Shown here one piece after another: positions 24,501 through 38,055 of a stretch of 64,000 nt of DNA. Source of the stretch: Paraspadella gotoi (Eukaryota > Animalia > Chaetognatha); NCBI GenBank assembly GCA_051294375.1, contig CM119271.1:5236832-5300831 (forward strand), in the 5' to 3' direction. A program made the position numbers and the translations under genes. Every line of letters begins with the position of its first letter. Position 1 is the first letter of the stretch. Under the pieces are notes generated by a model that made no database searches, had not been told where the DNA came from, and saw only the letters and a list, made by a program, of their open reading frames with translations.

Positions 24501-27055
24501 TATGATTGCCAACGCTTTTACAACGATGCCCAAGTAGTTCTCATGGTTTGTCGAACTGTTTTTTTCCACGGATTTGCCGACGCTTTATTAAGCGATGCCG
24601 GACCATTTCTCCGCGATTGCCGACGCATTTACTCCGCGAGCCGACCGCTTTTTCTCTGCGGATTTGCCGACGCATTTCTCCGCCCATTTCCAACGCATTT
24701 TTCTCGATTGCCAACACATTTCTCGCGATGCCGACGCATTTTTTCGCGATATTGCCGACGCATTTCTCCGCGATTTGACGATGCATTTCCACGTTGCCGA
24801 CGCGATTTCTCCGGTGATTGCCGGAACGCATTCTCCGCGATTGCCGATGCATTTCTCCGCGATTGCCGACGCATTTTCGCGTAATTGCCGGACGCATTTC
24901 TCCGCTTATTGTCGACGCTCGTGTTTCCAACAGTATTTCTATTTGCGTCGCGGCCGCCCGAGCGGGAGAGGCGGGTGGTAAGGGACGGCTGGGTTGAGTT
25001 AATAAAAAGGGAGAGGATAGGCGAGAGGCTGAGGGAGAGTAAGGAAGGGACCGCGAAAGCTTGCGTTGACCACTTTTAAATCCGCGCCTTTTCACTGCCT
25101 CATAAATCATTTCAAATGGATCTTGCGGATTCAGGTCTTCACTTTCATACACGCCCTTCGTCTGAGTGGAGGATGGCGGATGGGTGGCGGGTGGAGAGTA
25201 GAGTTGGGATGGGGATGGACAGTTAGGGGAGGGGAGGGGGTCCAGGGGCGCAACAGATGTTGACATGAAATCTTTAATGTAATTTGCATATTTCCAGTCG
25301 CTTAATTTTTCGTTAAGAAACGTGCGAACAAGGCTTGAACAAGTAAATCTAATTTATTCTTTTTTCCATAAATTGATAAAGTTAAATTATTATATTTAAT
25401 AATAAATGACTCCTTAACAAGAATGATGTTTAATATCTCATTAGAAAACTGGCGGCTGAAATTAATTTAACTTTGTGTTGTATAGATGCTCCCTCTCCCC
25501 ATTACATTAAAAAGATTACTCTATATAAAGAAATTTTTTTATAAAATTTAAAAATTTTTCTAAATATATTGTGAAAATTTATTCAATTTTTACATTTTGA
25601 TTTTTAAAATTGTAATATAAATAAAGCTAATTAGTTTAAAACAAGTTTAATCTTGCAATTTTTTATAGGTATTAGCGGTAACGTGTAAAGTCTAAAAAAA
25701 AGCCAAAAAATGAGAGTAGAAGGAAGAAAAATAACAGAAAGATCGGCAAGGATCGACCAAAAAGTACGTACAATTTGACAAGTTAGTATAACGGTAACAC
25801 ACGACAAAGCTGACCCACAGACCAGACGACCGATCGGAACAAGTAAGCAACGAGTGAGATTCGAGGTTGTCAAGCGCGAGTGTCGAGGCGAATGATTGGC
25901 GAAATTGACGAGCCATGGGGGAAAGGGGGGGGGCGTTAATGGTGTGATTAATAAAGAAAATAGTGGGGTGAGGGGGCTTAAGGATTAAGGAATAAGGGTA
26001 AGTGAGTCCGGGGTGAGGTCGTAAAGAGAAAGGACGTGGGAAAGTTGGGGCGAAAGAGGCTGGTTAAAGAAGTAGGTTAAGATATTATTAAACCGTGAAT
26101 GAGACTTGAGGGGGAGCGTTGAGCTGGAGTGTAACGGATGTAACGAACGGCGTTGAGCGTCAAACATTGTTAAGAGATTTTTAATCCGGGGTTACGTCGA
26201 AAAAATAAAAACGAGTCTCGGTTTGGTAATTTATGACTTTCCTTGAAAAAAGTGATAAAGCGAACCTGTGGGAAAAAATCTGTTCGCTGAATTGGTCCAA
26301 CGGGGAAACGAAAGTGGGAAAAGTTAGGAACACGAGGTCTCTACTGAGAACAGAAGACAGACCGACCGAAAAGGGAAATGGAATCGAAGTTTCGCGATTT
26401 CCGTTAGAATCGAGGGGGGGGGGTTGGGGAAGGGTGGATCACGTGATCGGGTTGAAGAGCAATTGTTGAGTCGCTGGAAAGTGAGATGGGATGTTGAAAA
26501 ATATGTAAGGAGATTTTGTGAGAGAGAGAGAGAGAGAGAGAGATGAGAGAGAGGAGAGAGAGACGAAGTTCGGAGACGAAATTCGAGGCGGGAATTTGTA
26601 GTGTTAGAATCAGACAATTTACAGATGTGAAGGAAAGAGAAAAGATTGAGATAAACCTTTTGCGTGTCGAATTCTTGAACATTTTACTTTAATATTTTTT
26701 GACACTGGCTCCCGTTAAGCAGTGGTAATTTCCGGTTAATAAGTGATTAAGCAATTCAAACTATGCATTATCAACAAGCAAAGCTTGACAATTTTGAAAA
26801 GCTCTCTCCCAGACCGAGATTCAGCTAATGAAGAAAAACTTTCTATATATTTATTGTTTATTTATGATCACTTATTATGTTTGAAGAAAATACAATCATT
26901 CATATTTTTTTTTTATTCTCAACCCTTATACTAGACGATCGACAGCTCCATCCGAGTTTTCCCCCGTAAGAGATGATGTTTAACTTAAAAATAAAATCGA
27001 AAAGATAAAAAAAAAATGTGTTTTTGGGGGCACTCTATAATCTTCAGCAAATAAT
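17341..27055 (+). repeat. Direct re-copy of about 7775-16982 with a high indel rate
   Basis: Begins tgggcgtcttggaaccaatggagg (compare 7775), ends ctataatcttcagcaaataatg (compare 16961-16982), and is collinear throughout. Confidence 0.92.
22927..23458. mobile_element. Tc1/mariner-like MITE with TA target-site duplication
   Basis: TA|CAGTAAGGCGTA...TACGCCTTACTG|TA: terminal inverted repeats starting CAGT and flanked by TA, around an AT-rich non-coding interior. Confidence 0.65.
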
Positions 27056-27399
27056 GGGCGGGAAACGCCCTCCCCAAATTTGTATAAACAGCACACCTGT
27101 ATATTCCTCCTTGATCAAATGGCGCGGCGGAGGAGGTTTTGGGGAGGCCCCGGGCAGACCCCCCACCCTTCACCCCGCTCCCCCACCGACCCCCAACTCC
27201 CAAACCGTACGACCCTAATTTACAAATTTAAAAAGGGCGAAAGGAGTTGTAAGGGGTACCCGCGAGGGGCAACCAAGGTGGGGCCATCAGGCAAGGTGGG
27301 CGGGGGTCACTACACAAATAACTGGGCTCAGCGAAAGCGGAGGCACCAAAGGCCCAGAATTAGAGAGAGAAGAGAAGTAGAGAGAGAAGAGAGAGAGAG

Positions 27400-30300
27400 A
27401 GGAGAGAAGAGAGGAGAGACGAAGACAGATGACGAGAGATGAGAGGACAGAGTATTGGTTTGAGTGTGTAGGCAAATCCTATCTCTCTGTCTCGAGCGGG
27501 TCATCTTTTTTTTTTGCCAGATCGCGCCCGCAAGCGATGCAATTGTTTGGAAGCGGAGACGAGAGAAGAGAGAGGAAGAGAGAGAGAGGAGAGAAGAAGA
27601 GAGAGAGGAGAAGAGAGAGAGAGGGGAGAAGAGAGATGAGGAGAGAAGAAGACCGATGAGACGAGAGAGACGAGAAGAGACGAGAGGGCAGAGGGGAGGG
27701 AAGGAGAGCGGAGGGAGAGGAAGTGAGGAGAAGGAGGAGGAGAGAGGAGATGGAGGAGGATGGGGGAGGGGAGAAGTGAAAGAGAGGAGGGAGAAGAGAC
27801 GAGAGAGAAGAGATAGAGAGAATATATTTCGACACCAAGTCCACAGGCGGACGGTGAGGTGAAATGAAAAAACAAACGTTCAATTCTATTTTTTTCTTTT
27901 TCGGGCCACTCGGGGGCACTCCCCCGCATTAATCCTGAGTGAACTGTTTTTATATTAATTCAGTCGATGAAAATTAACTTTAAGAAAAATTATTAGTTTA
28001 ATTTGGGTATGAATTATACTAATACTATTGAAAGTTATTGACACTAAGATGGAAGCATTACAATTACCCAATTTTACCGGAACGGTCGATGAATAGTTAC
28101 GGGAATGCTGCCCTTATAAAAAGTCCCCCTCCCCTTCGATTATTATTTAATCCTGTATAACCCGAAGACGTCTCTGCCGACAATTGAAGACAAGACGGCG
28201 TTCTGGAGTGGTGAAGAGCGCGTAGGGTTGAATTCGAGACATCCCGGATGTAACCCGATATTAAATCGAAGACATTCAGGTCGAAAGACGGGAAAGTTGC
28301 ATATAAAATTATAAAAGATCCGTTCTGCCTTCGTTTACTCCATTCCTTAAAGAAGTCACTCAGACAGGAAACCTGAATCATTTTTATATGAGAGTATAGT
28401 TTGGAGAGAAAAGAAGACTTTTCCCGAGAATGTAGGATTGAACCGGTACGAAAACAAACTTGTGGCTAAAGGATACCGGCCACAATAAGTTTCCACGGAA
28501 TGCATCATTCAATTTACGAAATTCAAACATAGCGAAAAAAAATACACGAACCTCCGATACAAAAAAGTTTTGGGGCCCCCAAAAATTCTTTTTTTTTTGT
28601 GACGAGGGCGAATCTTCGTAAAAAGTCGATTATGTTAGAATTTTTTATCGAGACTTGTAAACAACGACCCGCGACTCGCCGACGGAAGAAATTTCTAAAC
28701 GGTTATACAATATACAAAACCATATAAATATACATAGAGTTCTATTTATTTTAAAAGTTTTATCGAGAGCAAAGGAAGAATTTTCCAAGCACATCACGTG
28801 CAAGACACGAGTTGCTGTTGTAACCCCTTCTTTCTTTTTTTAGTCGGATCTGCTTATCAGCAGATCCCGCTGGTGTATAATTCACTTGTCGGTCCGTCGG
28901 GTCGCCCCCTCAATTGTGGGCCAATTGGCATTCACTTTCATATCAATGAGAGAATACTCGTTATGAATAATATGCAAAAAAAAAAAAACGAGTTGTCCGT
29001 CCCGTCGTCCTTTGTCTGTTCGTCCGTCCGTCCGTCAATCATCCGGTGTAATAATAAAATTAATTATTAATTATAAATATTATATTAATTATTAATTATT
29101 TAATTTAATTACCGATAATATAAAAATGGTGGGCAGATTCCGACTGTTTGCTCAATTGTTCGTTGAAGTCCTTTTAGAATAACCTACTTATGACCAGTTT
29201 TTTAAATACGCCCGGGATAGCGCTTTAAAAAATGCTTTACCATGCAATAAACGAAATTTTTTCTATGACGGATTAATATTAAATAAACAAAAAATTTATC
29301 CCCGCGCTCTCTACATGAAACAGATAGTAAAAAACAATACTTCTTCGATGGTCTTAGACAAAAAAATCATGAAGGGTGACTATGCATTTTCCCTTAAAAG
29401 CAGGTTCCATTTGATGTTTATTCAACAATAAAGATCAAGAATTACTTTTCTTTTTTTCCAGTAAGAAAAAACAATAAGCTCTCCGAAACCGTCCTATGAA
29501 GTATTGATTTGCCTTTTTACTTAAGACCAGCAGGTTTTTGGAAAAGGGGAAAGAAAGACGGGTTGACCAGTTTCCATTAATACTATTATTTGGCATATAA
29601 ACAATAAAAATTTCGTCGCGCTCTCTACCTCATGGCTTCCCATGACGCCCAGATTCGAAATCTGACCCTATTAAATATATTGTATGGGCCTTGACTATGC
29701 AGTTATGAATAGAAGTTGAATATAAAGGAATCTTGATTCGGAACATCATTCGAACCGTATGCGCTATTTAATTGGATTTCTCTCGTTCATTCATCGTTAT
29801 AGGTCTTTACGGGAATTAGAGCCTGCACCGGACAATTTTTTTTTTTCCTTTTTTTTTTCCTTTTTTCTATTTTTATCTTTTTCCTTTTCTTTTTCTTTTT
29901 TTTTTCGTTCGCGACGAAAAGATGATTTCTGCTGTTAGGTCGGTCCATCGTCTGTGGCGGATGCGAATTCGTTGACGCCACCCATGGTCAAGTTTCGACT
30001 GGAAAAAGTAATATTAAATTTTAAATCCGCTCACCGGACTTTTGTTTGATTTCTTTTGTCTCGAATCAGGGTCCGACGACAGAGGTCAAAGTGGAAACAT
30101 GTCGGAGAAAAGTTCCTTCATGTACCGAGGAGCCAGGAAGCTGCCCCGACTCTTGCTGAGGGGGCCCAAGCGGAGCTATTTGATCCGGTTTGTACTTTAT
30201 CATATGTTTGCCCCTTCCAATTCACCCTGTGTTGCGCGGATACAAATGCCGTCAAATCGGAAAGTCGTTTGCTGAATGCTTTACCGACATGGAAATGCAC

Positions 30301-32300
30301 CTTCATTCTGGAACAACGAAACCAAAGATCAGTCAAAAGGAAAAACGAACCCAGAGAGTGGTTCCGAGATGTTGTCGAGCACAGAGCAGCTGCCGACGTC
30401 GCTTGCAAAAGCCGGAAGTGTCGTTAGCCCAGAGTTGCTGGCTTAAAAGAAGAAGTTTGTGCCTTTTCCTTTAAACCCTGTTTTTGCTCGGGATACAAAT
30501 GCTCAAAGATCCTTCGTCGTACGCCGGAATGTGTTATTCGATGGTCAATTGTCAAATAAGAAAAGTGGAAAATTGAGAAATCGGGAACACGGAATGCTGA
30601 TGGGGGAAATGATAAAAATATTTTTTCGATCAATTTTATTTGCAAATAATTTACAGTAGATCAGTCGTTACCAGACAACATTTACTATTTAGGCATTTGG
30701 AATTTAAAAAACAAAATGCATAAACGTATACGAAAAAAAAAGTGCCCTTATTTTCACTCCAAAATTAATTTTCAAATTGAAAAAAAACTAAAATATATAA
30801 ATGGCAGAATTTTTTTTATTGGCGGATTTCAAATTTCATCTGTCTACTTGTACCATAATGATCAGAACCATTTTGAATTACAACTCTATTTGATATTGAT
30901 AATTCAAGAATATATTTTATCATTGAAAGTCAAGTCTACCTTTACTCTTCACCGTAATTACTACTTTATTTAATTTAGTCGGATCTGTTTATAAGCAGAT
31001 CCCGACTCTATAATTCACTTTGTCGGTTTCCTCCGTCAGTTCCGCCCCCCCTCAATCATCTTTCGGGCTTAACATTATTCATGTCAGAATTAAATTTAAT
31101 GATAAATTATTGAAAAAAAAAAGAGTCCGTCATCTGGTCTGTCTGTCTGTCTGTGTTGTCTGTCTGTCCAATCTGTCAATCAATCAATTTGATAATTTAT
31201 AAAATTAATTGATTATTTAATCAAGTTATCTTTCAATCTTTTATGTCAACTTTTAAGTTCGTAGAATCCCCACATTCCGTTGTCTGTTGCTTTTCGTTCG
31301 TTGGGTCAGTGACAACATACCCATAAAAACAAAACATTTCGGAAAGCAAATTAATATATATAATAATTTAATTCAATTATTGTTTTAGTTTATATAGTTT
31401 TATTACATTAAATTAATTAATTACGCTCAAAAATGAATACGAATTAATGAGGAGAAGATTCCGACATTGTTGCTCTCAAATTGTTTTAATGGTATCGATT
31501 ATTTTTGTTTCAAATATCTTGTTTGGAAAACCGTGAGCCATTTAAATGGCACTCTAATTATTTTGTTTTTGTCTCTCTCTCTCTATCTCTCTCTCCTCTC
31601 TCTTTCTCTCTCTGTCTGTCCTCTCATTCCCTCAGGCTAAAATGTTTGGTCTCGTTTCGGGTTGCTGGCTTCTGACCCATGCCTCTTAGGATTAAGAGAT
31701 AATCATCCACCCTTTGTTAGAAGAGGGGGAAAGAGTCAGGAACGATGCTTCCGAATCTGGAAGTGAAATTTGGGGAGAAGACTGAGACCTATTTGCAGAG
31801 TATTATTTTAGCTGCAAACATTCATTAACGCTTTTATTACTTTAAAACGGAACCAAACGCAGGTAAAGCTAAAAAAAAAAATCAATCATGACTGTATCTT
31901 GCTTAAGTTTATTATCTTGAAAGAACCATAGCCAGTTCAAAGTCCAGGAGAAAAAACAAAGCTATTTATAATAAGTATAGAATCATTGATAGTACTAATT
32001 TTTTATAAATATTAAGTGAAATTTTTTTGTATATACAATGTCAGATTGCCAAGAAGAACCAAAAAAAGGTGTTTATTTTCTGAAAGCGCCTAATTGCGTC
32101 TTACCTAATATCCTTTTGAACTTATCTCAAACTTAAATATTTATTTTTTGAATTTTTTTTTTTTGAAGGCTCAACTCATTTCTTTTTTCCCCTTAAACCC
32201 TCACCCAATATTATAATCATTTTTGAACAACTGGGGTGTTAAAAAAATGAGGTTATTGCTCTCTTAGAGATGCAAAAGGCCCCGTTTCGGGGTCCGCCGT
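27400..32300 (-). repeat. Inverted re-copy of about 5270-10430 with a high indel rate
   Basis: For example, 27479 ctatctctctgtctcgagc is the reverse complement of about 10369-10387, and 32267 gagatgcaaaaggccccg is the reverse complement of about 5280-5296. Confidence 0.92.
29918..30575 (+). pseudogene. Frameshifted inverted copy of the knottin gene (probably an uncorrected long-read copy, not a true pseudogene)
   Basis: Collinear with the reverse complement of 6874-7516, including the intron, but with 1-2 nt indels every few tens of bases. The same indel density affects the non-coding flanks of the 27350-32300 block. Confidence 0.6.
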
Positions 32301-32305
32301 CGGGC

Positions 32306-32552
32306 GGGAGTATTGATTTTTTTTTTAGAATATTGGATAACAGGAATAAAACGGATCGTTTTTTAAAAACCCTAAAAAAAAAAAAAAACTTAAACCAAAT
32401 ATTTTAAACCTGCGAAAAAGGAAGAAAAAGATTTAAAAAATAAAAAAAAAAAAACTAAATTTGAGTGGTTATAGAAAAAAAAAAAAAGCAAAAAATTTTT
32501 ATTTGTTCTTTTTATTTGTTTCATTTTTGCGGATTTTGGATAAAAAAAAAAA
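32306..32552 (+). repeat. Direct repeat of 17008-17339 bracketing the 15-kb re-copied block
   Basis: gagtattg(g)attttttttttagaatattggataacag...ttttggataaaaaaaaaa occurs at both sites. Confidence 0.85.
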
Positions 32553-33183
32553 GGGCGAGAGGCTTAAATCAATTTTGAATTTAAAATAAAAAAAAAAAAG
32601 ATATATAAAAATGCAGAGAGCGAGAGAGAAAAACAATTAATTCTGAGGAATGACGAAGGTAATTTTCAATTCGCGGCGGAGTTGGGGGAGAGAGAGAGAG
32701 AGAGAGAGATGACTGAGGAGAGGAGGAGAGACAGGTTTGGGGGAGGAGAGAGAGAGAGAGAGTAGGAGAGAGACAATAACGGACAAAGAAACCCGAGTTT
32801 AAAAAAAAAAAAGAGAAACGACATGAGANNNNNNNNNNNNNNNNNNNNNNNNNGAAACGAGAGAAAAAACATCACGATGATAAAATTACAATTTTTTTTG
32901 TTTTGTTTCGTTGATAAAATCCTTATTTTAAGGTTTTGTTTTGTTTTGTTTGTTTTTTTAGAAAGAGCGTGGAGATGACCGGAAAACGGAGAGACGAAAG
33001 GTTTTTTTTTTTTAGGCGAAGCCGAAGTTGAGATTCTGATCCCCGGACGGTGGGAATTACATCCGGGGACTAGGATGAGATCTTGGGTCCCGGATGAGAT
33101 TCATCTCGTGTCGGAAATGACCTCCGACTCATCCACATTCGTGAACGACGGAGACCGACTATTTTTCGAATTGTTTCCCTTTT

Positions 33184-33330
33184 TTAAAATACTTCGTCGT
33201 CGTCGTCGTCCTCGTCGTCGTCGTTGTCCTCTAAACCATGAACAGCTTGGCTCATGTGGTGAGATGACCCACTTCGCGAGGCGACGATTCCTTCGAGGGT
33301 AAATTTCCGAGATCCAAATCTTGCAAAATC
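33184..33330 (-). CDS. Candidate terminal exon (possibly an alternative 3' end of the IgSF gene, or a separate gene)
   Basis: Long T-tract plus TTCCAG| acceptor. Phase 0 reads DFARFGSRKFTLEGIVASRSGSSHHMSQAVHGLEDNDDDEDDDDDEVF*. Phase 2 reads ILQDLDLGNLPSKESSPREVGHLTT*. Confidence 0.35.
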   Translation of the reverse strand, partial: DFARFGSRKFTLEGIVASRSGSSHHMSQAVHGLEDNDDDEDDDDDEVF

Positions 33331-36300
33331 CTGGAAATAAAAAAAAAAAAAAAATAAATAAATAAAAGGGGAAAAAAAAAATTTTCTCTTATCGTCGCGA
33401 AGGTCGGTTTATCGTCATCATCATCATCATCATCATCATCGTCATCATTGTCTTCATCCTTGTCTTCTCTTTAGCTTTGTCATCGAGTTTTACATGTGTC
33501 ATCGTCGCAGTCGTCGCAAGGCTGGTTTTTGTCATCTTAATTCGTCGTCGCCGTCATTATCGTCGTCATCGTCGTCATCCACTCAACGTTTTATTCTCGC
33601 CGTCGTTGTCATCTTTGTCTTCATCTTTGTCATCCTCTTTGCCCTCCACCATCCGGTAGTCGTCGTCGTCGTCGGCATCGTAGTATCGCCAGTCCGTACG
33701 TCCCTCCGTCAGTGAGTCTCCCCCGCGTTATGTCCTTGTCTCCCGTCCTTCCGTTCCTGTTATGGTCTTACAAAAGAATTCGAAATCAGCTTCTTACACG
33801 GTAAACACGCCATCCCAGCTCACGCCTCTCTCATCATTATTTTTATGTCGGGCAATAAAAGTTAAACAGGCCGTTATGCGCCCCCCCCTTTTCTCCCCCC
33901 CCCTCTTGAGCCCCCGAGGTGGCGTGCGCCCTGGGGGGGGGGAGAGAGAGAGAGAGAGGTGAAGGGAGGAGAGAGCGAGACAGAGAGAAAGAGAGGAAAG
34001 GAAAAAAGAGGTTGACGGGAGAATAAAGGTAAGTGCAGATGTGAAAGAAATAAAAAAAGAAAAGAAAACGAAAGAAAGAGAGAGAAAGAGGAAAAGAAAG
34101 AGAATACGTGTCTACTTGAGACTTTGTCGTCAGCAATCTCAGGGCGTCTGGACCCGGGCGCACATCAGTCTCTTCTGCGCCATTATATACCCAATGTCCA
34201 TCTGGTCTTCAATGCGCAGAATTTAGCCTAAGTCAGGTTAGTTAATTCAAAGACGCCACTTCTCCGAACTTAGTTCAAAACATTTTATATAACTAAAACT
34301 TGACATAATTTTTTTTGTCAGAGATATATTAATCTAATTTTGTGCATAAGATTTTTAGTATTCATTTATTTTTGAACTCTCTAGTGTAATCAATAGAAAA
34401 CTACACTAACTTAATAACGATCGTTCTATTTTATGTGTATTATTATAGTATCAATGTACTTTCAACAATATTTTATATTCATTTTATATATCTTAGTTAG
34501 CCGATAAAAATAATAAAATTGAATTTGAAGTATAAAAGTTAAAGCTTCTTGAAAATAATCACTCAATTGAAAACAAACAAGAAAAAAACAAGGAAATCCC
34601 AAAGCTGAATCCAATACAACACTATAATCTTAAATTAGAAAAAGCATTTTCAAATAACAAAATTGTTAACATTTGTTAAAAAGAATCTTTTTATTAATTT
34701 GAGAAGTTAAAAAGTAACTAGGAATTAAAAAAATATGAAGTCGATACCACTTATAGAGCTGACATAGGCTGCATTTTGCATACTGAAGACGCTGTCGGAT
34801 CAGGGAGCACGGACAAAATATCTCGCCTCAACGCGCAATTGGCAGAGCCGGCGAAAAAAACCAAACGAATCAGAGAGCTTAACGAAAAGCGCACAGACTA
34901 AAAGATTTCACAGTCTTGAAGATTGAAACGTTTTTTAGTGTTTATTTGTAGAATATTCAATGTACAATGATGTCATTTAAACAGTTTTGTAAACAACCTC
35001 AATTGTACTTTTCGTTCGACATGATTTTAAGCATTGTTTATTGTATCGAACTAATTGTAAAAAATGTATTTTTGTATCCACAAACAAACATAACGATCAA
35101 TGCTCGGGTAAAGTTTACGGTTGGCTTTCGATCAGGGTCCAATCGCGAAAATATTTAAGCGTTGTATTGTTCTTAATTGTGCTCGTAATTATCAAAAGAT
35201 TTAATAAACTTTACTTATATGCAAAAAGTGCCCCTTTATACTATGTTTTTTTAAATTAAACCTAAGTTTTTAATTGATTGTGAATTTGGTGAAAATATTA
35301 AAAGGTAAAGAAATCATAAGTTGCATGCTCAAGATTCAAAGAAGCTCAAATTGGGCCCGAGAAGATAATACTAAAGACATTTTTAGAATTGAGTGAAAAT
35401 TGATAATGTCCCAGATATGCCACATGTCGGGTTTCAAGAATGAGCCACAACTTAAGTCTCTATGGTAAAGGTACTCAGAGATATCTCCACCTAATTACAG
35501 GAAATACAAAACAAGTAAAAAATTATACTGTATTTATTAACCTGCATTATAAAATGGATTAATTAATTAAAGTAGTAGTAGTAGTGTACCTTAGGATTTC
35601 CAGACAAATTGTTTTGCACGGGCTTTTGTTTTCAACTTTGCTACACTCCTGGTATAAGCTTAAGGCGACCTCTCAAAACAGTACGGCACTCAGGAAGCTT
35701 TCTGAGACAAAAGACACCTTAAAAACCTGTTGCTATACTTTTTTTGGAAAATTTAATATTTAGTCAATCGAATTAAATTTAAATTAATGTATATATATAT
35801 AATATAATATATAATAAAATATGGGCTCTGGAAATTAAAAAAACAACATTATTTAAAAATATTCCACAGCTGCAAGGCTCGAATTTGATTCTACTTGATT
35901 TTAAAAATTTTTCTTACTCTTTACTAACAAAAATGCAAATAATATATATCATCTCATTAAGACGATCATTTTTTATCTTTATCATATTTTCATTGTTTTC
36001 AGGCATAATTTAATCATTATTGTTAGATATCTTTTTAATTAATATTAATATTTTAACTCAAAATCTATATTAAAAAAAAATTGTTGTCTAAATTTTTTAA
36101 TGATTTTTTTTCCTTCTTTTTTCTTTCTCCTCTCATTTTTTCTTTTCTTTCTTTTTTTCTTTCTTTTTTTTTGAGCACATGAAAATGACCCTTTACAATA
36201 ATTTAATATTTTTCCAAAAAGGCTTATCTCTTAAAAAGAGACTCCCGGATTCCGCGCGAACCCATGATCGAATCCGCTCGGAGGCAGAAGAAGAGCCTCG

Positions 36301-36552
36301 GCGGTGACGAAGGGTAAGAGAGAGAGAAAAGAGTAAGTTCGCGGTGGCAGCTCGATCGGATCGACTCTGCCGTCGCGACGGATCGGAGATAGGGAGAAGG
36401 GAAGAGAAAAGAGGAAGTAAGATGAGCCGAGCGAAGTAAGTCGAAGCTGGGAAAAGTCGATCGGCCGCCGCGCTGCTGCCCCGGAGGCTTGCGCGATTTC
36501 GAGGCTTCTGAGTATAGGCCATGAAGCNNNNNNNNNNNNNNNNNNNNNNNNN

Positions 36553-36589
<37 letters not shown>

Positions 36590-37038
36590 GTTGTTTCGCC
36601 GGATGCGCTCAAATTGAAAACGATATTTTTGTACGTCGTTCTGCAAAAGAGTAATAATAATCGTAGTCGAGAGAAAAGAGCGATTTTTCAGTCGAGCCTG
36701 ATTTTTTTCCCTCTTTTTAGAACGAATAATATTTACCTTTTACGACATTAGTTTTCCGATAATAAATCATTTTATTTGGGTTTTTTTTCTACTGAAATTT
36801 TGATTCATATTTTTTAAACTTTTATAATCGTTATTGAATTTTTTTTTGTTGGCACAACAGGAATTTCTTAGTTACAATTGCTTGCTCAATTTTAGCTTAT
36901 GTATGTGTATTGTGTAGCTCACGTATAGTAAATTTGTGAGTCAATCTGATAGACAGTAAGTCTGTTTGTCAGTAAGTCAGCTCGTCAGGCAATCTGCAAG
37001 TCACTAAATCACAAATTTAATATGTCACTGTCGCCGAC

Positions 37039-37723
37039 TTACTGGCGCGTCGGCGAGCGTTGCTGCTGTTGCTGCTGCAGCTGCCACAGCGATGTGAGGG
37101 TGTTGGCCTCCGAGTCAGAACCGACGCCGCTGTCGCCGCTGATATGGGCGCCGCTCTGCTGCAGCTGAGGAAGAGGAAGAGGAAAAATAGGAAAAGGTTT
37201 TATCAAATATAAAAATATTGTTCAAGTTTCGGTTCCTATTTCCGACTGACCCTATCAATCTGTTTATCCGAGCATTTCTCTTGAAACTTGAAAAACATTT
37301 AACTAAAATAATACACTATGAAAACGGAAGGATGTAATGCAATCCTGAAAAGTTAAAGATTTATTAAAAAACGTCTGAATTAAAATTTGACTCGAGAAGA
37401 CATTGTGTTAAATTTTTCCTTTTTGTTGTTTGGGTAAAATTAGAAAAGCAACGAGTGTAAAGAACAAAAAGATAACTAAAAGAAGAAAGAAGATTTAATA
37501 TTAAATAGAAGCCCCCCAAAAAAGACCCAAAACAACAACAACAACAACGCCAAACAACCGAGTGAAACAATGGTTTCCTTTTTCATGCTTCTTCTTGACA
37601 CACACACAGAAACGGAGAGAAACACACAAAAACACCCAGAGAAAATGGTGGCAGAGAATGGCATTTTTATTAGTCCCATATCGCGACAATGATTTAAAAA
37701 ATAGATGCGCTCTCTCTCTCTCT

Positions 37724-37805
<82 letters not shown>

Positions 37806-37996
37806 TCAATATCTCTCTCCGATCTCACCTCCTCTCTTCGCCGTATTCCTTGTTTCTATAATCTTTCTTCTCCTCTCCTCCTGCTTCCTCCTCCCCATAA
37901 ACATCTAACTTCATTTTGTGGCCATGCAAATCAGCCGGAGCAATTGGCCTCCTGAGGAGAGTTTTAAGAGGGAGGCGAGAGAGAGAGAAGAGGAGA

Positions 37997-38055
<59 letters not shown>

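Noticed and set aside
24447-25266. 241-aa and 145-aa ORFs with repeated SAIADAF/KCVGNR peptides
   Set aside because: Translations of the 22-bp minisatellite in a noisy re-copy.
27055-27400. GC-rich junction between the direct and inverted re-copies as a novel element or sequencing adapter
   Set aside because: No clear adapter match or structure; looks like a low-quality read end.
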